A stretch of DNA of 64,000 nt. It comes from an uncultured bacterium. Lineage in GTDB: Bacteria; Babelota; Babeliae; Babelales; Vermiphilaceae. The notes below the pieces were generated by a model, which saw only the letters and a program-made list of their open reading frames with translations, searched no databases and had not been told where the DNA came from. The translations under genes were made by a program, and so were the position numbers. Of the stretch, positions 1 through 11,314 are shown piece by piece; position 1 is the stretch's first letter; every line of letters starts with the position of its first letter. The stretch spans positions 960,001 to 1,024,000 of the forward strand of contig OY970172.1 of NCBI GenBank assembly GCA_963707655.1. Reading direction: 5' to 3'.

Positions 1-1543
1 CGGCAACTTGAATAAGTTTTTGTAGCGTGGTTTCTCCCGCATTATACACAGGAAAGTTCATGTTCAAATCGGCCCACAAGATGCCGACTAACGTAACTTT
101 GGGAAAGTGATAGCCTTTAGTAATGGTCTGCGTTCCCACCAACATATCAATTTTTCCGTTTTGAAAATCGCTCACGGTTTGTTGCCACTGCTTTTTTTTC
201 AGCGATGTATCAAGATCGGCGCGGGCAATGCGTGCCTGGGGGAATAATTTTTCTAAAATCATAACCGCTTGTTGCGTCCCTATCCCCTTTTTTATAAATT
301 GATCGCTCTTTTGTTTGCAGGAATGGCATGTTGATGGTAGCTGCATCTGATACGTACAATAGTGGCATGTCAGCGAATCATCTTCATGCAGAGTTAAGCT
401 TACCGAGCAGGACGGGCAACCAAAAATAAAGCTGCAGTTTTTGCATTGTACAAAAAAACTATAGCCGCGCCGATTGATAAAAATAATCGTCTGCTCTTTT
501 TTTGCCAACCTATCTTTTATTGCCTGTTCTAATTCTCTACTGATCCAGAAGCTTCTCCGTTCTTTTTTATCGGTAAGCAGCACTGTTTTTATTTCAGGAA
601 AAGCGCCGGCAAATCTTTTTTTCAATTCAAAAAGATGCCAGCCCTTGGTTTTCACTTGGTGCAAAGAGCTGATAGATGGTGTGGCAGATCCGAGCAATAA
701 AGGGATGTTGTGTAGATAGGCACGCAAAATAGCCGCTTCTTTGGTATTTATTTTTGGATGTTTTTTTTCTTGATAACCGGTATCATGCTCTTCATCAATA
801 ATAATAATGCCTAGGTTGGACACCGGTAGCAAAATAGGCAAATGCACACCAATGATAAGCATCGGTTTTTGTTCCATGAGCTGTTGCCATAAAATGCGCT
901 TTTCTTTTGGTGTTGTTGCCGAGTGAAAGCTGCAAAGGGTTATCGTAGAGGGTAGTTGCGCGCGTAAGAGTTTTTCAAATTGCAGCGCAAGTGTAACCTC
1001 AGGCAAAAGAAAAATTGCTGTTTTATGCTGCGCAATAGTCTCTATGATGAGCTGTTTATATACTTCTGTTTTGCCCGAACCGGTAACGCCATGCAAAAGC
1101 GTTGGTGTATAGGCGGGGGCGCCAATGCGCGGTAGGAGAAAATTGCATACGGCCTGCTGTTCATTGGTAAGCATGGGTATCTGGTGAGAGCTCTCTGGTC
1201 GACTGGCAATCGTCTCGCTATCAATTTCTTTTTGCGCTAAAAAATGACGAATGCGTTTAATAAAATGAATAGGGTCAACGCAATAATAGGCAGCCAATTG
1301 ATTAATAAAGGGAAGGTATTTGGCATCTGCAGGAAGAAGTTCAAGAGCAATCGCGTGTTTGATGGCAAAAGTAATGTGCGCCGGTTTTTCTGCATATTCT
1401 CCAATGACCCAGCCGCTTTGTTTTTGTTGCCTTAACGGAACGGTGACCAATGCGCCTTTTAAGCTGGCTTGTGGCCAATCTGAGGGAACTTGATACAGTA
1501 ATGGTTCGGGAAATCCGTTGAGTAATTTGACTTGTATAAACAT
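1..1543 (-). CDS. priA: Primosomal protein N' (PriA), 5' part; continues beyond window start
   Basis: Manual translation from ATG at 1543 (MFIQVKLLNGFPEPLLY...). Contains Walker A HGVTGSGKTEVY, IIIDEEHD, GSATPS, INRRGYS, Cys-rich CxxC Zn motifs and LVGTQTITKGYHFP. Absent from the ORF track because the stop lies outside the window. Confidence 0.93.
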   Translation of the reverse strand, partial: MFIQVKLLNGFPEPLLYQVPSDWPQASLKGALVTVPLRQQKQSGWVIGEYAEKPAHITFAIKHAIALELLPADAKYLPFINQLAAYYCVDPIHFIKRIRHFLAQKEIDSETIASRPESSHQIPMLTNEQQAVCNFLLPRIGAPAYTPTLLHGVTGSGKTEVYKQLIIETIAQHKTAIFLLPEVTLALQFEKLLRAQLPSTITLCSFHSATTPKEKRILWQQLMEQKPMLIIGVHLPILLPVSNLGIIIIDEEHDTGYQEKKHPKINTKEAAILRAYLHNIPLLLGSATPSISSLHQVKTKGWHLFELKKRFAGAFPEIKTVLLTDKKERRSFWISRELEQAIKDRLAKKEQTIIFINRRGYSFFVQCKNCSFIFGCPSCSVSLTLHEDDSLTCHYCTYQMQLPSTCHSCKQKSDQFIKKGIGTQQAVMILEKLFPQARIARADLDTSLKKKQWQQTVSDFQNGKIDMLVGTQTITKGYHFPKVTLVGILWADLNMNFPVYNAGETTLQKLIQVA

Positions 1544-1610
1544 GGCATCAGCATAGCAGAATATCCTGATCTGTGATACGATGAAATAGATTTTTTAAGA
1601 AAGGTATCTT

Positions 1611-4334
1611 GTGCAATTTGACCCAAAAAAAACAGTTTTTCTCATTGATGGCTCCTCATTTTTATATCGTGCATATTATGGCCTGCGTCCCTTGCATACG
1701 CCACAAGGTGAACCGGTGCAAGCTGTCTATGCTTTTTGTCGCATGATAAAAAAAATAACTGATACCTTTAAACCCACCCATATTGCCTTGGTTTGGGATA
1801 GTAAGGGCAAAACAACGCGCCATGAAATGTATAGCGAATATAAAGCAACTCGTCAGGCACCGCCAAGCGATCTTTTTATTCAAAAAGAGCATGTCATCGA
1901 ATTTGCAAACTTAATTGGCATGCGCCAGGCTAGCCAGGTCGGCATCGAAGCTGATGATATTATGTATTCTTTGGCGCAAGAAAATAAAAAAGATGGCAGC
2001 ACTGTTGTCTTTATCACCGCCGATAAAGACATGGGGCAGGCGCTTGATGCGCAGACCGTGATGTTTGATCCTTTTAAAGATCAGATTATTGATGTACCGG
2101 CATTTAAAGAGAAAATGGGCTTTGCTGTTGAAAAATTGCCTTTTTACTTTGCTTTGCTGGGTGATAGCTCAGATAATATTCCCGGTGTGCATGGCATAGG
2201 GAAAAAGGGAGCACTCGACTTGGTAACTCAGTTTGATTCACTTGAAGATTTATATGCCAATCTTGATAAAGTAGCAAAAGTACGTACTCGACAAATGCTT
2301 GAAGAACAAAAAGAAAATGCTTTTTTGAGTAAAAAACTCTTTTTACTGCAATACCACCCAACCGGCTTGAGTAAAGAAGATCTTTCTTTTGATAAAAAAA
2401 ATTGGAAAAACGCGCAGCCTTTGTTTGCAAAGCTCAATTTTACCAGCTTACTCAAAGATATTGCCCAGGAAGATATTTTTTCGCATATCCCTGATAAAAA
2501 AGTAGTGAAAAAACTGGAGCAATATAATTTCCAAGCAATAACTACCACCCAACAACTGACAGCGCTGTGTGAGCTGCTCAAAGCAAAACCCGCTTTCGCG
2601 CTCGATACAGAGACCGATGGCCTCGGGGCGCTGCGGGTAAATTTGGTTGGCCTCTCATTCTGTGTTGAAGAAGGCACCGCCTACTATATTCCCTGTGGAC
2701 ATAAAACTGATGAACAGCAATTGCCGTGGGCTGAAATTTCTGCCGCGTTAAAGCCAATTTTAGAAGATCGCACGATTGGCAAATACCTGCATAATGCAAA
2801 ATTTGATCAACTGGTACTCTATGCTCATGGCATACGCGTACAGGGCCCAATTTTTGACACCATGGTGGCGGCAAAATTGGTTATCAAGGATTGGCAACGC
2901 GCCGGATTGAAAGAGCTTTCAGAGCATTATTTTAATGAGCCAATGTTAACGTATGAAGAAGTAGTAAAATTTAACAAGTACAAAGATTTTTCTTATGTTC
3001 CTTTAGGCCTAGCAACTGAATATGCTGCTGCAGATGCTCATCAAACTTTTAAGCTAAAAACGGCAGTAGAAAATGATTTAAAAAATGAAGGGCTGCTCAC
3101 CCTCTATAAAGAACTAGAAGAGCCCATTGCGCAGATTCTTTTTGCTATGGAGGCTGAGGGAATTGCGCTTGATGTGCCATTTTTGCAACAACTTGATGTA
3201 AAAGTAATTGCTGACTTGGAGCGCATAGAACAAGATATTTTGACTTTGGTCGGCGAAAAACATCACAACATTAACCTTAATTCGCCTCGCCAAATTGAAC
3301 AATTATTATTTACCGATTTGGGATTGCCGCCACAAAAAAAGAGCGCCAAAGGCACTGGTTATTCCACTGATCAGGAAGTTCTCGAGACGTTATCGCATTT
3401 GCATCCGGTACCGGGATTAATTTTAAAATATCGCGAACTTGCCAAACTTAAAAGCACCTACATTGATGCCTTGCCAACGTACGTGAATCCAAAAGATGGC
3501 CGCGTGCATACGACCTTTAACCAAATTGCGGTGGCGACGGGGCGCTTGGCCAGTTCAGAGCCAAATTTGCAAAATATCCCCACCAATACTTCAGGCTATG
3601 GCATTGCGATACGAGAAGCTTTTAAGGCCGAACCGGGGCATCTCTTTTTATCGGCAGATTATTCACAAATTGAGCTGCGCGTTTTGGCTCACCTTTCCGG
3701 TGACACGGCTTTGGTTAATGCCTTTTTGCAAGGGCATGATATTCACGCAGAAACAGCCGCCCGTTTATTTGAGGTGCCTTTGTCTCAGGTGACGAGTGAA
3801 CAGCGGCAACTGGGCAAGCGTATTAATTTTAGTATTTTGTATGGACTCACACCCTACGGACTCTCCAAGGACTTGGGTATTAGTTTTAAAGACGCAAAGG
3901 TGTATATTGAGCGCTATTTTCAACAATATCCGGGGGTTCAGGCGTGGATGGATCAGATTATTATTGATACCAAGCATCATGGCTATGTAACCACTCATTG
4001 GGGTCGCCGGCGCTATGTTCCCGCTATTTACGAGCGCAATAGACCGCTGTATGAAGAGGCCTGCCGTGTTGCTATCAACACAGTAGCACAGGGAACCGCT
4101 GCTGAAATTATGAAATTTGGCATGATTAATCTGAGCAATGAATTAGAAAAATCTGGCCTTAAGGCAAAAATGATTCTTCAAATCCATGACGAATTACTTA
4201 TTTCAGTTCCCCGAGAAGAACAGCAAGCGACTGAAGCGCTGGTTGAGCGAGTGCTTGAGGGCGTAGTGACCTGGAGCGTACCTATGCAGGTGAATATCCG
4301 CTTTGGTGCCAACTGGCGAGAGGTGACCAAGTGA
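1611..4334 (+). CDS. polA: DNA polymerase I
   Basis: 5'-3' exonuclease (LIDGSSFLYRAYY), 3'-5' exonuclease (DTET, HNAKFD), polymerase motifs ADYSQIELRVLAH, LQIHDEL. Confidence 0.98.
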   Translation: MQFDPKKTVFLIDGSSFLYRAYYGLRPLHTPQGEPVQAVYAFCRMIKKITDTFKPTHIALVWDSKGKTTRHEMYSEYKATRQAPPSDLFIQKEHVIEFANLIGMRQASQVGIEADDIMYSLAQENKKDGSTVVFITADKDMGQALDAQTVMFDPFKDQIIDVPAFKEKMGFAVEKLPFYFALLGDSSDNIPGVHGIGKKGALDLVTQFDSLEDLYANLDKVAKVRTRQMLEEQKENAFLSKKLFLLQYHPTGLSKEDLSFDKKNWKNAQPLFAKLNFTSLLKDIAQEDIFSHIPDKKVVKKLEQYNFQAITTTQQLTALCELLKAKPAFALDTETDGLGALRVNLVGLSFCVEEGTAYYIPCGHKTDEQQLPWAEISAALKPILEDRTIGKYLHNAKFDQLVLYAHGIRVQGPIFDTMVAAKLVIKDWQRAGLKELSEHYFNEPMLTYEEVVKFNKYKDFSYVPLGLATEYAAADAHQTFKLKTAVENDLKNEGLLTLYKELEEPIAQILFAMEAEGIALDVPFLQQLDVKVIADLERIEQDILTLVGEKHHNINLNSPRQIEQLLFTDLGLPPQKKSAKGTGYSTDQEVLETLSHLHPVPGLILKYRELAKLKSTYIDALPTYVNPKDGRVHTTFNQIAVATGRLASSEPNLQNIPTNTSGYGIAIREAFKAEPGHLFLSADYSQIELRVLAHLSGDTALVNAFLQGHDIHAETAARLFEVPLSQVTSEQRQLGKRINFSILYGLTPYGLSKDLGISFKDAKVYIERYFQQYPGVQAWMDQIIIDTKHHGYVTTHWGRRRYVPAIYERNRPLYEEACRVAINTVAQGTAAEIMKFGMINLSNELEKSGLKAKMILQIHDELLISVPREEQQATEALVERVLEGVVTWSVPMQVNIRFGANWREVTK

Positions 4335-4779
4335 GGGTGAGATTGTCATGAAAAAATCGCCTTATAAACTGTTTTCACCATAACCTCAAAAGTTATTAAT
4401 ACATCAATAACGCTTATTTTCCATTTATATATATTCTATTATGAATGTTTTTAATAAATCGACAACTCTATTACATGGGTAATTGTTTCTACATGAAATA
4501 ATATAGAAATAGAGAAGGGCTTTGTCCCTGCTTTCTCAGATAGTTTTGCCGCTTTGTTTGGTTATGCCATGATTATGAAGCCATAAGGATAGAAAAACCT
4601 GAGTAAATTCTCCTTTCGTCCTATTGATTTAATATTGACTTTTTTGGCAGGCAAGCCATACTAATACCTGTACATTATCTGAATAATGCTACAAATCTTT
4701 TAGGTACATCTTCTCTGTTTCATGAGAGATAACCCAAAAACAAGCACATTATACATTTTGTTTTTTACAAGGATTAACG

Positions 4780-5034
4780 ATGGCAACGAGTAAATCTGGT
4801 GGTAGTACGTCCAATGGCCGGGAAAGTCAAAGCAAACGGCTAGGTGTAAAGATTTTTGATGGTCACCGCGTTCAAGGTGGCGAGATTATTGTTCGTCAAC
4901 GTGGTACTCGTATTCATCCGGGCAAGGGTGTTGGTCGCGGTAGCGATGATACTTTGTTCGCTGAAGGCGCGGGCGTTATTAAATTTCATTGGGGACGCAA
5001 AGGCCGTAAGCACGTTTCTGTCGTCGCTCAATAA
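4780..5034 (+). CDS. rpmA: 50S ribosomal protein L27
   Basis: [18 protein letters not shown]...IIVRQRGT...[10 protein letters not shown]. Confidence 0.97.
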   Translation: MATSKSGGSTSNGRESQSKRLGVKIFDGHRVQGGEIIVRQRGTRIHPGKGVGRGSDDTLFAEGAGVIKFHWGRKGRKHVSVVAQ

Positions 5035-5134
5035 CGATTATCGCACAATCAATCTATCTTCTATAAATACATAATAAAAAGGTTTTTGACAGGCAAGGGG
5101 TTATAAACCCTCTGTTTTGTTGATTAGGAGTATT

Positions 5135-6028
5135 ATGATCAATTTTTTGAAATATCAATGGCTCGTTTTTGCAAGCTCAATTGCTTTGTTGTTGGGTGGC
5201 GTAGGTTTTTACTTTTATAAAGTAAGCATGTACGGTTCTGCTTTTAATTACAGCGTTGAATTTACTGGTGGAACACAATTTATTTTAAAGTTTGCTTCAC
5301 CTGTAGGGGCCACTGATCTTAAGGAAATAATTGAAAAAGCCGGTTGGTCCGGTGTAGCAATACGCCAATTCTCCGACCGTGATGATGAGATGATTGTCCG
5401 CGTTAAAGAGTTCTCGAACGATGCCAAAGGTCTTTCAGAAAAAATCCGTAATGAAGTGCAAGCAAAACTAGGGCAAGAAAACTCTGTTACCATTTTGCAA
5501 AGCGAAGGGGTTGGCGCTGCTGTGGGCGCTGAGTTGCGTTGGCAATCAGTCCGCGCTGTGTTGATCACTCTACTTCTTTTGCTTATTTATATTGCCGTAA
5601 GATTTTGGTCATTTGGGTTTGCGCTTGGTGCCGTTGTAGCTTTATTCCATGATGCGCTGGCAATGCTTCTTGTTCTCATGATTTTTAATCGTGAGATTTC
5701 TCCCTATGTTATCGTAGCCATTCTGGCCGTGCTTGGTTATTCGATTAACGATACGATTGTTATTTTCTCTCAGATACGCACAAATCTGCATAAAATGCGC
5801 GGAGCCTCCTTACACAAAATTGTAAACGATACCCTTAATCAAACATTGCGTCGCACCATTTTGACTAGTGTGTCAACGATGTTAGCAGTTGGAGCTCTAT
5901 TCATTTTTGGTGGAGAAGCGTTAAGAGATACTTCTTTGACTTTGCTGGTTGGTATATTATTTGGTACATTCTCTTCCATTTACATAGCAAGTCCTATTAT
6001 GATGTTATTGTATAAAGAACAAAAATAA
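5135..6028 (+). CDS. secF: Protein translocase subunit SecF
   Basis: VEFTGGT, ALFHD, GYSINDTIVIF, QTLRRTILTS, GTFSSIYIA; AGGAG RBS before ATG 5135. Confidence 0.95.
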   Translation: MINFLKYQWLVFASSIALLLGGVGFYFYKVSMYGSAFNYSVEFTGGTQFILKFASPVGATDLKEIIEKAGWSGVAIRQFSDRDDEMIVRVKEFSNDAKGLSEKIRNEVQAKLGQENSVTILQSEGVGAAVGAELRWQSVRAVLITLLLLLIYIAVRFWSFGFALGAVVALFHDALAMLLVLMIFNREISPYVIVAILAVLGYSINDTIVIFSQIRTNLHKMRGASLHKIVNDTLNQTLRRTILTSVSTMLAVGALFIFGGEALRDTSLTLLVGILFGTFSSIYIASPIMMLLYKEQK

Positions 6029-6137
6029 CCCTCCCTTTTACCCTTCCTCATGACATTGCTCATTCATCTATTTAAAGACATTGAGCAGGGTTGCTTGAGG
6101 AATAGAGTAAAGAGTTTGTACTATTTCCATTAAAAAC

Positions 6138-6321
6138 ATGGCTTGTTCGCCGGATCTTTATGCGAAGTATGGGAGGAGAGCAGGACTTTGAAATTTTTAT
6201 AGCCCTACTACGCCAAGGCTTCGAAGGGCATACTTCGCTTAGTGCTATCAATTTCAATGTATTATTAAGTGCTTCCGTTAAAGAAGTTGGCCTGCCGTAT
6301 GAAGCTTTAGCGAAATATGGG
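6138..6321. repeat. Cluster of three REP-like hairpin repeats (stem-CTTCGCYAARGCTTCG-stem family)
   Basis: Units at 6138-6173 (- strand), 6202-6229 (+) and 6288-6321 (-) resemble the units at 28382-28415, 46372-46495 and 57446-57479. Confidence 0.7.
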
Positions 6322-6505
6322 TTATGAGCCTTGAATAACACTCGTTTTTTGTGGGCAATGCAGCCAGTTAGTTTTGATCACTTCGACTGTTAGCAATCTC
6401 AATGGCATAGTTTTTATACCTATTAAAAGTCAAAAAAATGCTATTTTCTACAAGGAATTTTTTAATGTTAATACTATTTTCTCTTTCTTTTCAAAGGAGC
6501 TTTTG

Positions 6506-8158
6506 ATGAGCGCTCAAGATCCAAGAGTAGTTCAAGCAAAATTGCATGACCCCAAAGATGAACCAAATACTAGGGATACTGAGTTGACTAGTCATCAGCG
6601 TAATTTTGATGATGCGCCTCCTGTTCATGATGATGTGCGCGAACTAGAGCAAGCACCTGCACAAAAAGCAGAACCGGCTGGAGCTCCCCAGCAAGAACGC
6701 AGAGCGCGTCGCCAGCCTTATCCGTCAAACAGATCAAACCCTCGATACCGCGATCGTCATGCGCAACACAATAGCCCGCCGCGTGACTCCGCTGAACCGT
6801 ACGATGCAGATGCAGCAAGAGAAATGCGTGAGCAACGTGCCGACCAGCAAGATCATCAAAAGCCGATTGAACCACGCAAGATAGCGTTGGAAACTCTCTC
6901 TTTGACCGAGCTTAATGTCTATGCGCGCCGTTTAGGCATCGTAGGCGCTGTATTGATGAACAAAGATGAACTGATTAAAAAAATTAAATTTGTTGAAGCG
7001 CATCCCGATATTGAAATTGAAGTTGAGGGGGTATTGGAAAAATTACCGGATGGCTTTGGCTTCTTGCGTTCATCAAAGTTTGATTATGTTTCCGGTCCGG
7101 ATGATGTGTATGTGTCACCGTCACAAATTAGACGTTTCAATTTAAGAACGGGTGATACGGTTACTGGCGTTATTCGTAAGCCAAAAGATGGAGAAAAATA
7201 TTTTGCTCTATTGAAAATCACGCGAGTAAATTTCTCCGAAGCATCATTAACAGAAGATCGTCTTAACTTTGATCGCCTCTCTCCACAACATCCACTGAAG
7301 AAATTTAATCTTGAGTATGATCCAGCCGTAATTTCTACGCGCGTTATGGATCTTTTTACCCCAATTGGTAAAGGTCAACGTGGTCTTATCGTTGCACAGC
7401 CAAAAGTGGGTAAAACAGTGTTACTCAAAGAGACGGCACAGGCCATTATAGCCAATCATCCTGAAGTATTCTTAATCGTTTTACTCATCGATGAGCGCCC
7501 AGAAGAAGTTGCCGACATGCGTCGCACAGTCAAAGGCACAACGGCTGAGGTCATTAGCTCTACCTTTGACGAATCAGCTGAGCGCCACGTGCAAGTTGCA
7601 GAAGTTGTTCTTGAAAAGGCAAAGCGTCTGGTTGAAGCGGGCAAAGATGTGGTAATCATTCTTGATTCTCTCACTCGTCTGGCTCGTGCATATAACACCA
7701 TTGCGCCTGCATCGGGTAAAATACTTACCGGTGGTATTGACGCAAATGCATTGCAGCGACCAAAACGTTTCTTTGGTGCGGCAAGAAATACAGAAGAAGG
7801 TGGATCGCTTACGATTCTTGCTTCCGCGTTGATTGATACTGGTTCTCGTATGGATGAAGTAATCTATGAAGAGTTTAAAGGTACCGGTAACATGGAAATG
7901 CACATGACCCGCAAACTGGCAAACCGTCGTGTTTATCCGGCGTTTGATCTCCTTGTCTCGGGAACTCGCCGCGATGAATTATTGCAAACCGAAGAAGACC
8001 TGAACAAAGTATGGGTAATGCAAAAATTCCTTGCTACCATGAATGCAATTGAGGGCATGGAATTCCTTATCGATAAGATGAAGAAACACAAAACAAATGT
8101 TGAATTTCTTGAATCGATCAATAAGAAAACTACCGCAACAAATGGTAACGGCAATTAG
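6506..8158 (+). CDS. rho: Transcription termination factor Rho with a long N-terminal low-complexity extension
   Basis: [70 protein letters not shown] before ATG 6506. Confidence 0.97.
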   Translation: MSAQDPRVVQAKLHDPKDEPNTRDTELTSHQRNFDDAPPVHDDVRELEQAPAQKAEPAGAPQQERRARRQPYPSNRSNPRYRDRHAQHNSPPRDSAEPYDADAAREMREQRADQQDHQKPIEPRKIALETLSLTELNVYARRLGIVGAVLMNKDELIKKIKFVEAHPDIEIEVEGVLEKLPDGFGFLRSSKFDYVSGPDDVYVSPSQIRRFNLRTGDTVTGVIRKPKDGEKYFALLKITRVNFSEASLTEDRLNFDRLSPQHPLKKFNLEYDPAVISTRVMDLFTPIGKGQRGLIVAQPKVGKTVLLKETAQAIIANHPEVFLIVLLIDERPEEVADMRRTVKGTTAEVISSTFDESAERHVQVAEVVLEKAKRLVEAGKDVVIILDSLTRLARAYNTIAPASGKILTGGIDANALQRPKRFFGAARNTEEGGSLTILASALIDTGSRMDEVIYEEFKGTGNMEMHMTRKLANRRVYPAFDLLVSGTRRDELLQTEEDLNKVWVMQKFLATMNAIEGMEFLIDKMKKHKTNVEFLESINKKTTATNGNGN

Positions 8159-8181
8159 TTAATACCAGTCAATTTTATTAT

Positions 8182-8219
8182 TAAGGCCATATCATTCTTT
8201 TGATATGGCCTTAGTTTTT
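8182..8219 (+). terminator. Intrinsic terminator after rho (possibly bidirectional)
   Basis: Perfect 13-bp stem TAAGGCCATATCA/TGATATGGCCTTA followed by a T-run, between convergent rho and tsaD. Confidence 0.8.
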
Positions 8220-8319
8220 CTTGTACTACTTATTTGCGATATAACACCAGCCGCCATAGCAAAAGACTAAATGTGCGCCCTGGGAGCAGCTGGAATATCT
8301 TTTTTGAACGTTATATTGT

Positions 8320-9339
8320 TTATTTTAATATGTCTAAATCTAGATCTGAATACTCACCCTTCAACGCTTTGTAATTACCCACAAAAGCGATCATAGCCCC
8401 GTTGTCGGTGCAATAAGCGGGAGACGGTGTAAAAAAGGGAAGCGCAAGTTTTTGCGTTAATGCGGTGAGCTGAGCTTTAATGTATTTGTTGCAGGCAACG
8501 CCACCAACAAAGGTAACTGCTTTAATTTCTGGATGACGCTGATGCGCGAGCATAATTTTATTTTTAAAAACATCGGTAATGGCCACCAAGAGCGAGCTGG
8601 CCACTTGTTGTTTAAAAAGCAGATCATCAGTTTTTAAGAATTTTTTTGCTTTCATATCATAAGCGCCGCGGGCTACCAGATCGTAAAGCACAGCGGTCTT
8701 TAGACCTGAAAAACTGAAGTCTATTGCCTTGCTATTTCCACGCGTGTAGCTGAAAAAATCTTTAAATTCAGCTTGAGCTGCAAGTTTTTCTATTATCGGG
8801 CCGCCTGGATAGCCAAGATTAAGCAGCTTTGCTATTTTATCAAAAGCTTCTCCTGCCGCGTCATCCAATGTTTCTCCCAGCAATTCGTATTTACCAAAAT
8901 CATGTACAATATACATGCTCGTGTGCCCGCCTGATGCAGTAATGCACAAATGGGGAAAGGGAACTTTGTTATCTATGCATGCGGAGAAAATGTGTCCTTC
9001 AAGATGATTAACGCCAATAAGTTTAATGTTGCGTGCAAGCGCAATTGCTTTTGCAAAACAGACTCCAACAAGTAATGAGCCGGGCAGTCCCGGTTTGCTT
9101 GTCACTGCAATGGCAGTAATATCATCGAGCGTAAGCTTCGCGTGCTGCAATGTTTCCTGCACAATGCCATTAATCTTTTCAAGATGAGAACGAGAGGCTA
9201 TTTCAGGAATAACGCCACCAAATTCTGTATGCAACGCAATTTGGGAAAAAAGAAAGTTGGCTAAAATTCCTTTTTCCTGATGATAGATTGCTGCTGCGGT
9301 TTCATCGCATGAAGACTCAATGCCAAGAATAATATTCAT
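8320..9339 (-). CDS. tsaD: tRNA N6-threonylcarbamoyladenosine transferase TsaD
   Basis: ILGIESSCDET, GGVIPEIASRSH, HLEGH, SGGHT, DDAAGEAFDK, FSFSGLKTA, CTDNGAMIA. Confidence 0.97.
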   Translation of the reverse strand: MNIILGIESSCDETAAAIYHQEKGILANFLFSQIALHTEFGGVIPEIASRSHLEKINGIVQETLQHAKLTLDDITAIAVTSKPGLPGSLLVGVCFAKAIALARNIKLIGVNHLEGHIFSACIDNKVPFPHLCITASGGHTSMYIVHDFGKYELLGETLDDAAGEAFDKIAKLLNLGYPGGPIIEKLAAQAEFKDFFSYTRGNSKAIDFSFSGLKTAVLYDLVARGAYDMKAKKFLKTDDLLFKQQVASSLLVAITDVFKNKIMLAHQRHPEIKAVTFVGGVACNKYIKAQLTALTQKLALPFFTPSPAYCTDNGAMIAFVGNYKALKGEYSDLDLDILK

Positions 9340-9346
9340 AATTATT

Positions 9347-10030
9347 TTAAATTTCCGGAGCAATAATAATAGTTTTTAACGCTAGATCTTGCCTTACTTT
9401 TTGTTTAATTGAGCTGTGAAGCGCATTGTAATCTACCGATGAAAGGAGCGCCTGAATGGCTTGATCATGCAATTGGCTATCAGAACCGGCCAAAGTAAGC
9501 ACGTCTTCTTTGATGTAAATTTTGGGAAGCTCAAGCTCGTTACCGCCACGCACCTTTTCAACAAAATCGGGATTGCAACAGACAATAATTGTTTCATCGG
9601 GTATGCGGCTGTTATGCTGAGGCAACAGAGTATTTTTTACTCGCCACGATGATTTTTTTTCATTTTTTTCATAGGTATCAATTAATTCAAGAACATAAAA
9701 CTTATAGGGCCAGTCAGGCAAAGCTTTAAAGTGTTTGATGGTATTGTTCTCTGTTTTCTCAAATCCTATTGCACGGCAATCAATCACGAGCAAATAGAAC
9801 AAGCTGTGGCCACGATTTTGTGATAAAGAAAAAGAGACACGTTTGCCTTCCTGATCAACCTCGGTATTTATCTTTTTCCCACAAGAATAGATACATATAT
9901 CTTCCATTGTTTGAATTGTTTTGGGGAATTGAACAGAGCCAACAAGAAATGTTTTATCACGGTAGGCTGCGTTGGAAGCTGTGGAAAATAAAGAGCCGAT
10001 TAAACAAAAAAATATAATTAATGTTTTCAT
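9347..10030 (-). CDS. Hypothetical exported protein
   Basis: 227-aa ORF with signal-peptide-like N-terminus and GAGG RBS; co-oriented just upstream of tsaD. Confidence 0.75.
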   Translation of the reverse strand: MKTLIIFFCLIGSLFSTASNAAYRDKTFLVGSVQFPKTIQTMEDICIYSCGKKINTEVDQEGKRVSFSLSQNRGHSLFYLLVIDCRAIGFEKTENNTIKHFKALPDWPYKFYVLELIDTYEKNEKKSSWRVKNTLLPQHNSRIPDETIIVCCNPDFVEKVRGGNELELPKIYIKEDVLTLAGSDSQLHDQAIQALLSSVDYNALHSSIKQKVRQDLALKTIIIAPEI

Positions 10031-10175
10031 ATAAGAGGTTCCTTTTTGTAATATTTGTTTGCCTGTAGCCAGAATAGCTCAAATCATTTTATTTTTCAAA
10101 AGAATTGCTTTATTGCATGCTTAGTTACTCTTTGCTACACTTTTTCATATCAAAAATTCTATTTTTAAAGATTTT

Positions 10176-10634
10176 ATGAAAATTATAACACAAAATAAAA
10201 AAGCATTTCATGATTATGAAATCCTCGACACTCTCGAGACCGGGATCGTTTTGACGGGCGACGAGGTTAAATCAATTCGCGCCGGGCACGCTTCCTTGAT
10301 TGGGGCGTTTGCCAATATTCATGACGGTGAGTTGTTCATTATCAACATGCAAATCACCCCTTACGAAAAAGCATATAGACAAAATGAAGAGCAATCGAGG
10401 CGGAGCCGTAAGCTACTTGTCCATCGCAAAGAACTGTCTCGTTTGGTGGGAGAAGTTTCATCAAAAGGGGTAACTCTGGTGCCTCTGAAACTTTATTTAA
10501 ATGACCGCAATCTTATAAAGGTCTCCGTTGGATTGGCCAAACATAAAAAAGCGGCCAACAAGAAACAGGCTCTCAAAGAGCGGGATATTAAACGAGAAAC
10601 CTCACGAGAAATAAAAGATAAATACAAGTTTTAA
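10176..10634 (+). CDS. smpB: SsrA-binding protein SmpB
   Basis: NKKAFHDY, GIVLTGDEVKSIR, RKLLVHRKE, LVPLKLY; adjacent to tmRNA. Confidence 0.97.
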   Translation: MKIITQNKKAFHDYEILDTLETGIVLTGDEVKSIRAGHASLIGAFANIHDGELFIINMQITPYEKAYRQNEEQSRRSRKLLVHRKELSRLVGEVSSKGVTLVPLKLYLNDRNLIKVSVGLAKHKKAANKKQALKERDIKRETSREIKDKYKF

Positions 10635-10722
10635 TGGGGTTTTTCCCATTCATTAGGCCTCTGTTGGCTTAGAACTCAATAATAGGTATACTATATGTAT
10701 AGTCTTTGAAATTAAATTATGT

Positions 10723-11091
10723 GGGGGCGTATTTGGCTTCGACGTGTTACCGAGAATGGCAAGAGCATGCCGAGCGTTAACTGAGTGCTCGTAAAACAAT
10801 TGGTTAAAACAAAAGTGCAAACAGCACAATGGGCTTCGGCCCAGCAGCAATAGCTTAAGGGCATTGCTGTCTTGACAAGAAGACGTGTCTATCAGTTTTT
10901 TTGTCACGTATTAATCAGATAGAACTTTCAGACCAGGGTTTATCGAGGCGTAGTCTGTTAGTATCACGAAACGGTCGGGCATACATGATCCTGTCTTTGG
11001 GGTTGTGTGTCTGTATAAGCAAAGACTAAGCATGAAGCGCTTTCTGTTCAACGTAGGGCGGACATGGGTTCGACTCCCATCGCCTCCACCA
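10723..11091 (+). ncRNA. ssrA: tmRNA; predicted tag (A)ANSTMGFGPAAIA* at 10817-10858
   Basis: 5' GGGGGCG...GGCTTCGAC and 3' GGGTTCGACTCCCATCGCCTCCACCA form a tRNA-Ala-like acceptor (G-U pair) and T arm; internal tag ORF begins GCA AAC and ends Ala-TAA; follows smpB. Confidence 0.95.
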
Positions 11092-11314
11092 TACTTCGTA
11101 TGGCGAGCCACATAATTCAATTCATTTTTCTCTTCTATTCACTTCATTTATTCTCATCATGCCCCGAGTGCAGGGGGCAAACAGCGTTACTATTTGAAGC
11201 TTTTTACTTTTTATCATATGCTTACAAAGATCCTATAGGAAAACTACTCATTTTTAATAGTTTCCTCATTTCAATATGTACCAGACCTGTTAATTACGCT
11301 AAGGTATCTTGCTT

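Noticed and set aside
474..1435. Short ORFs at 474-719, 1042-1224 and 1244-1435
   Set aside because: All lie within priA on the opposite strand or in another frame
6072..6341. 89-aa minus-strand ORF
   Set aside because: Composed largely of hairpin repeat units; no RBS or recognisable domain
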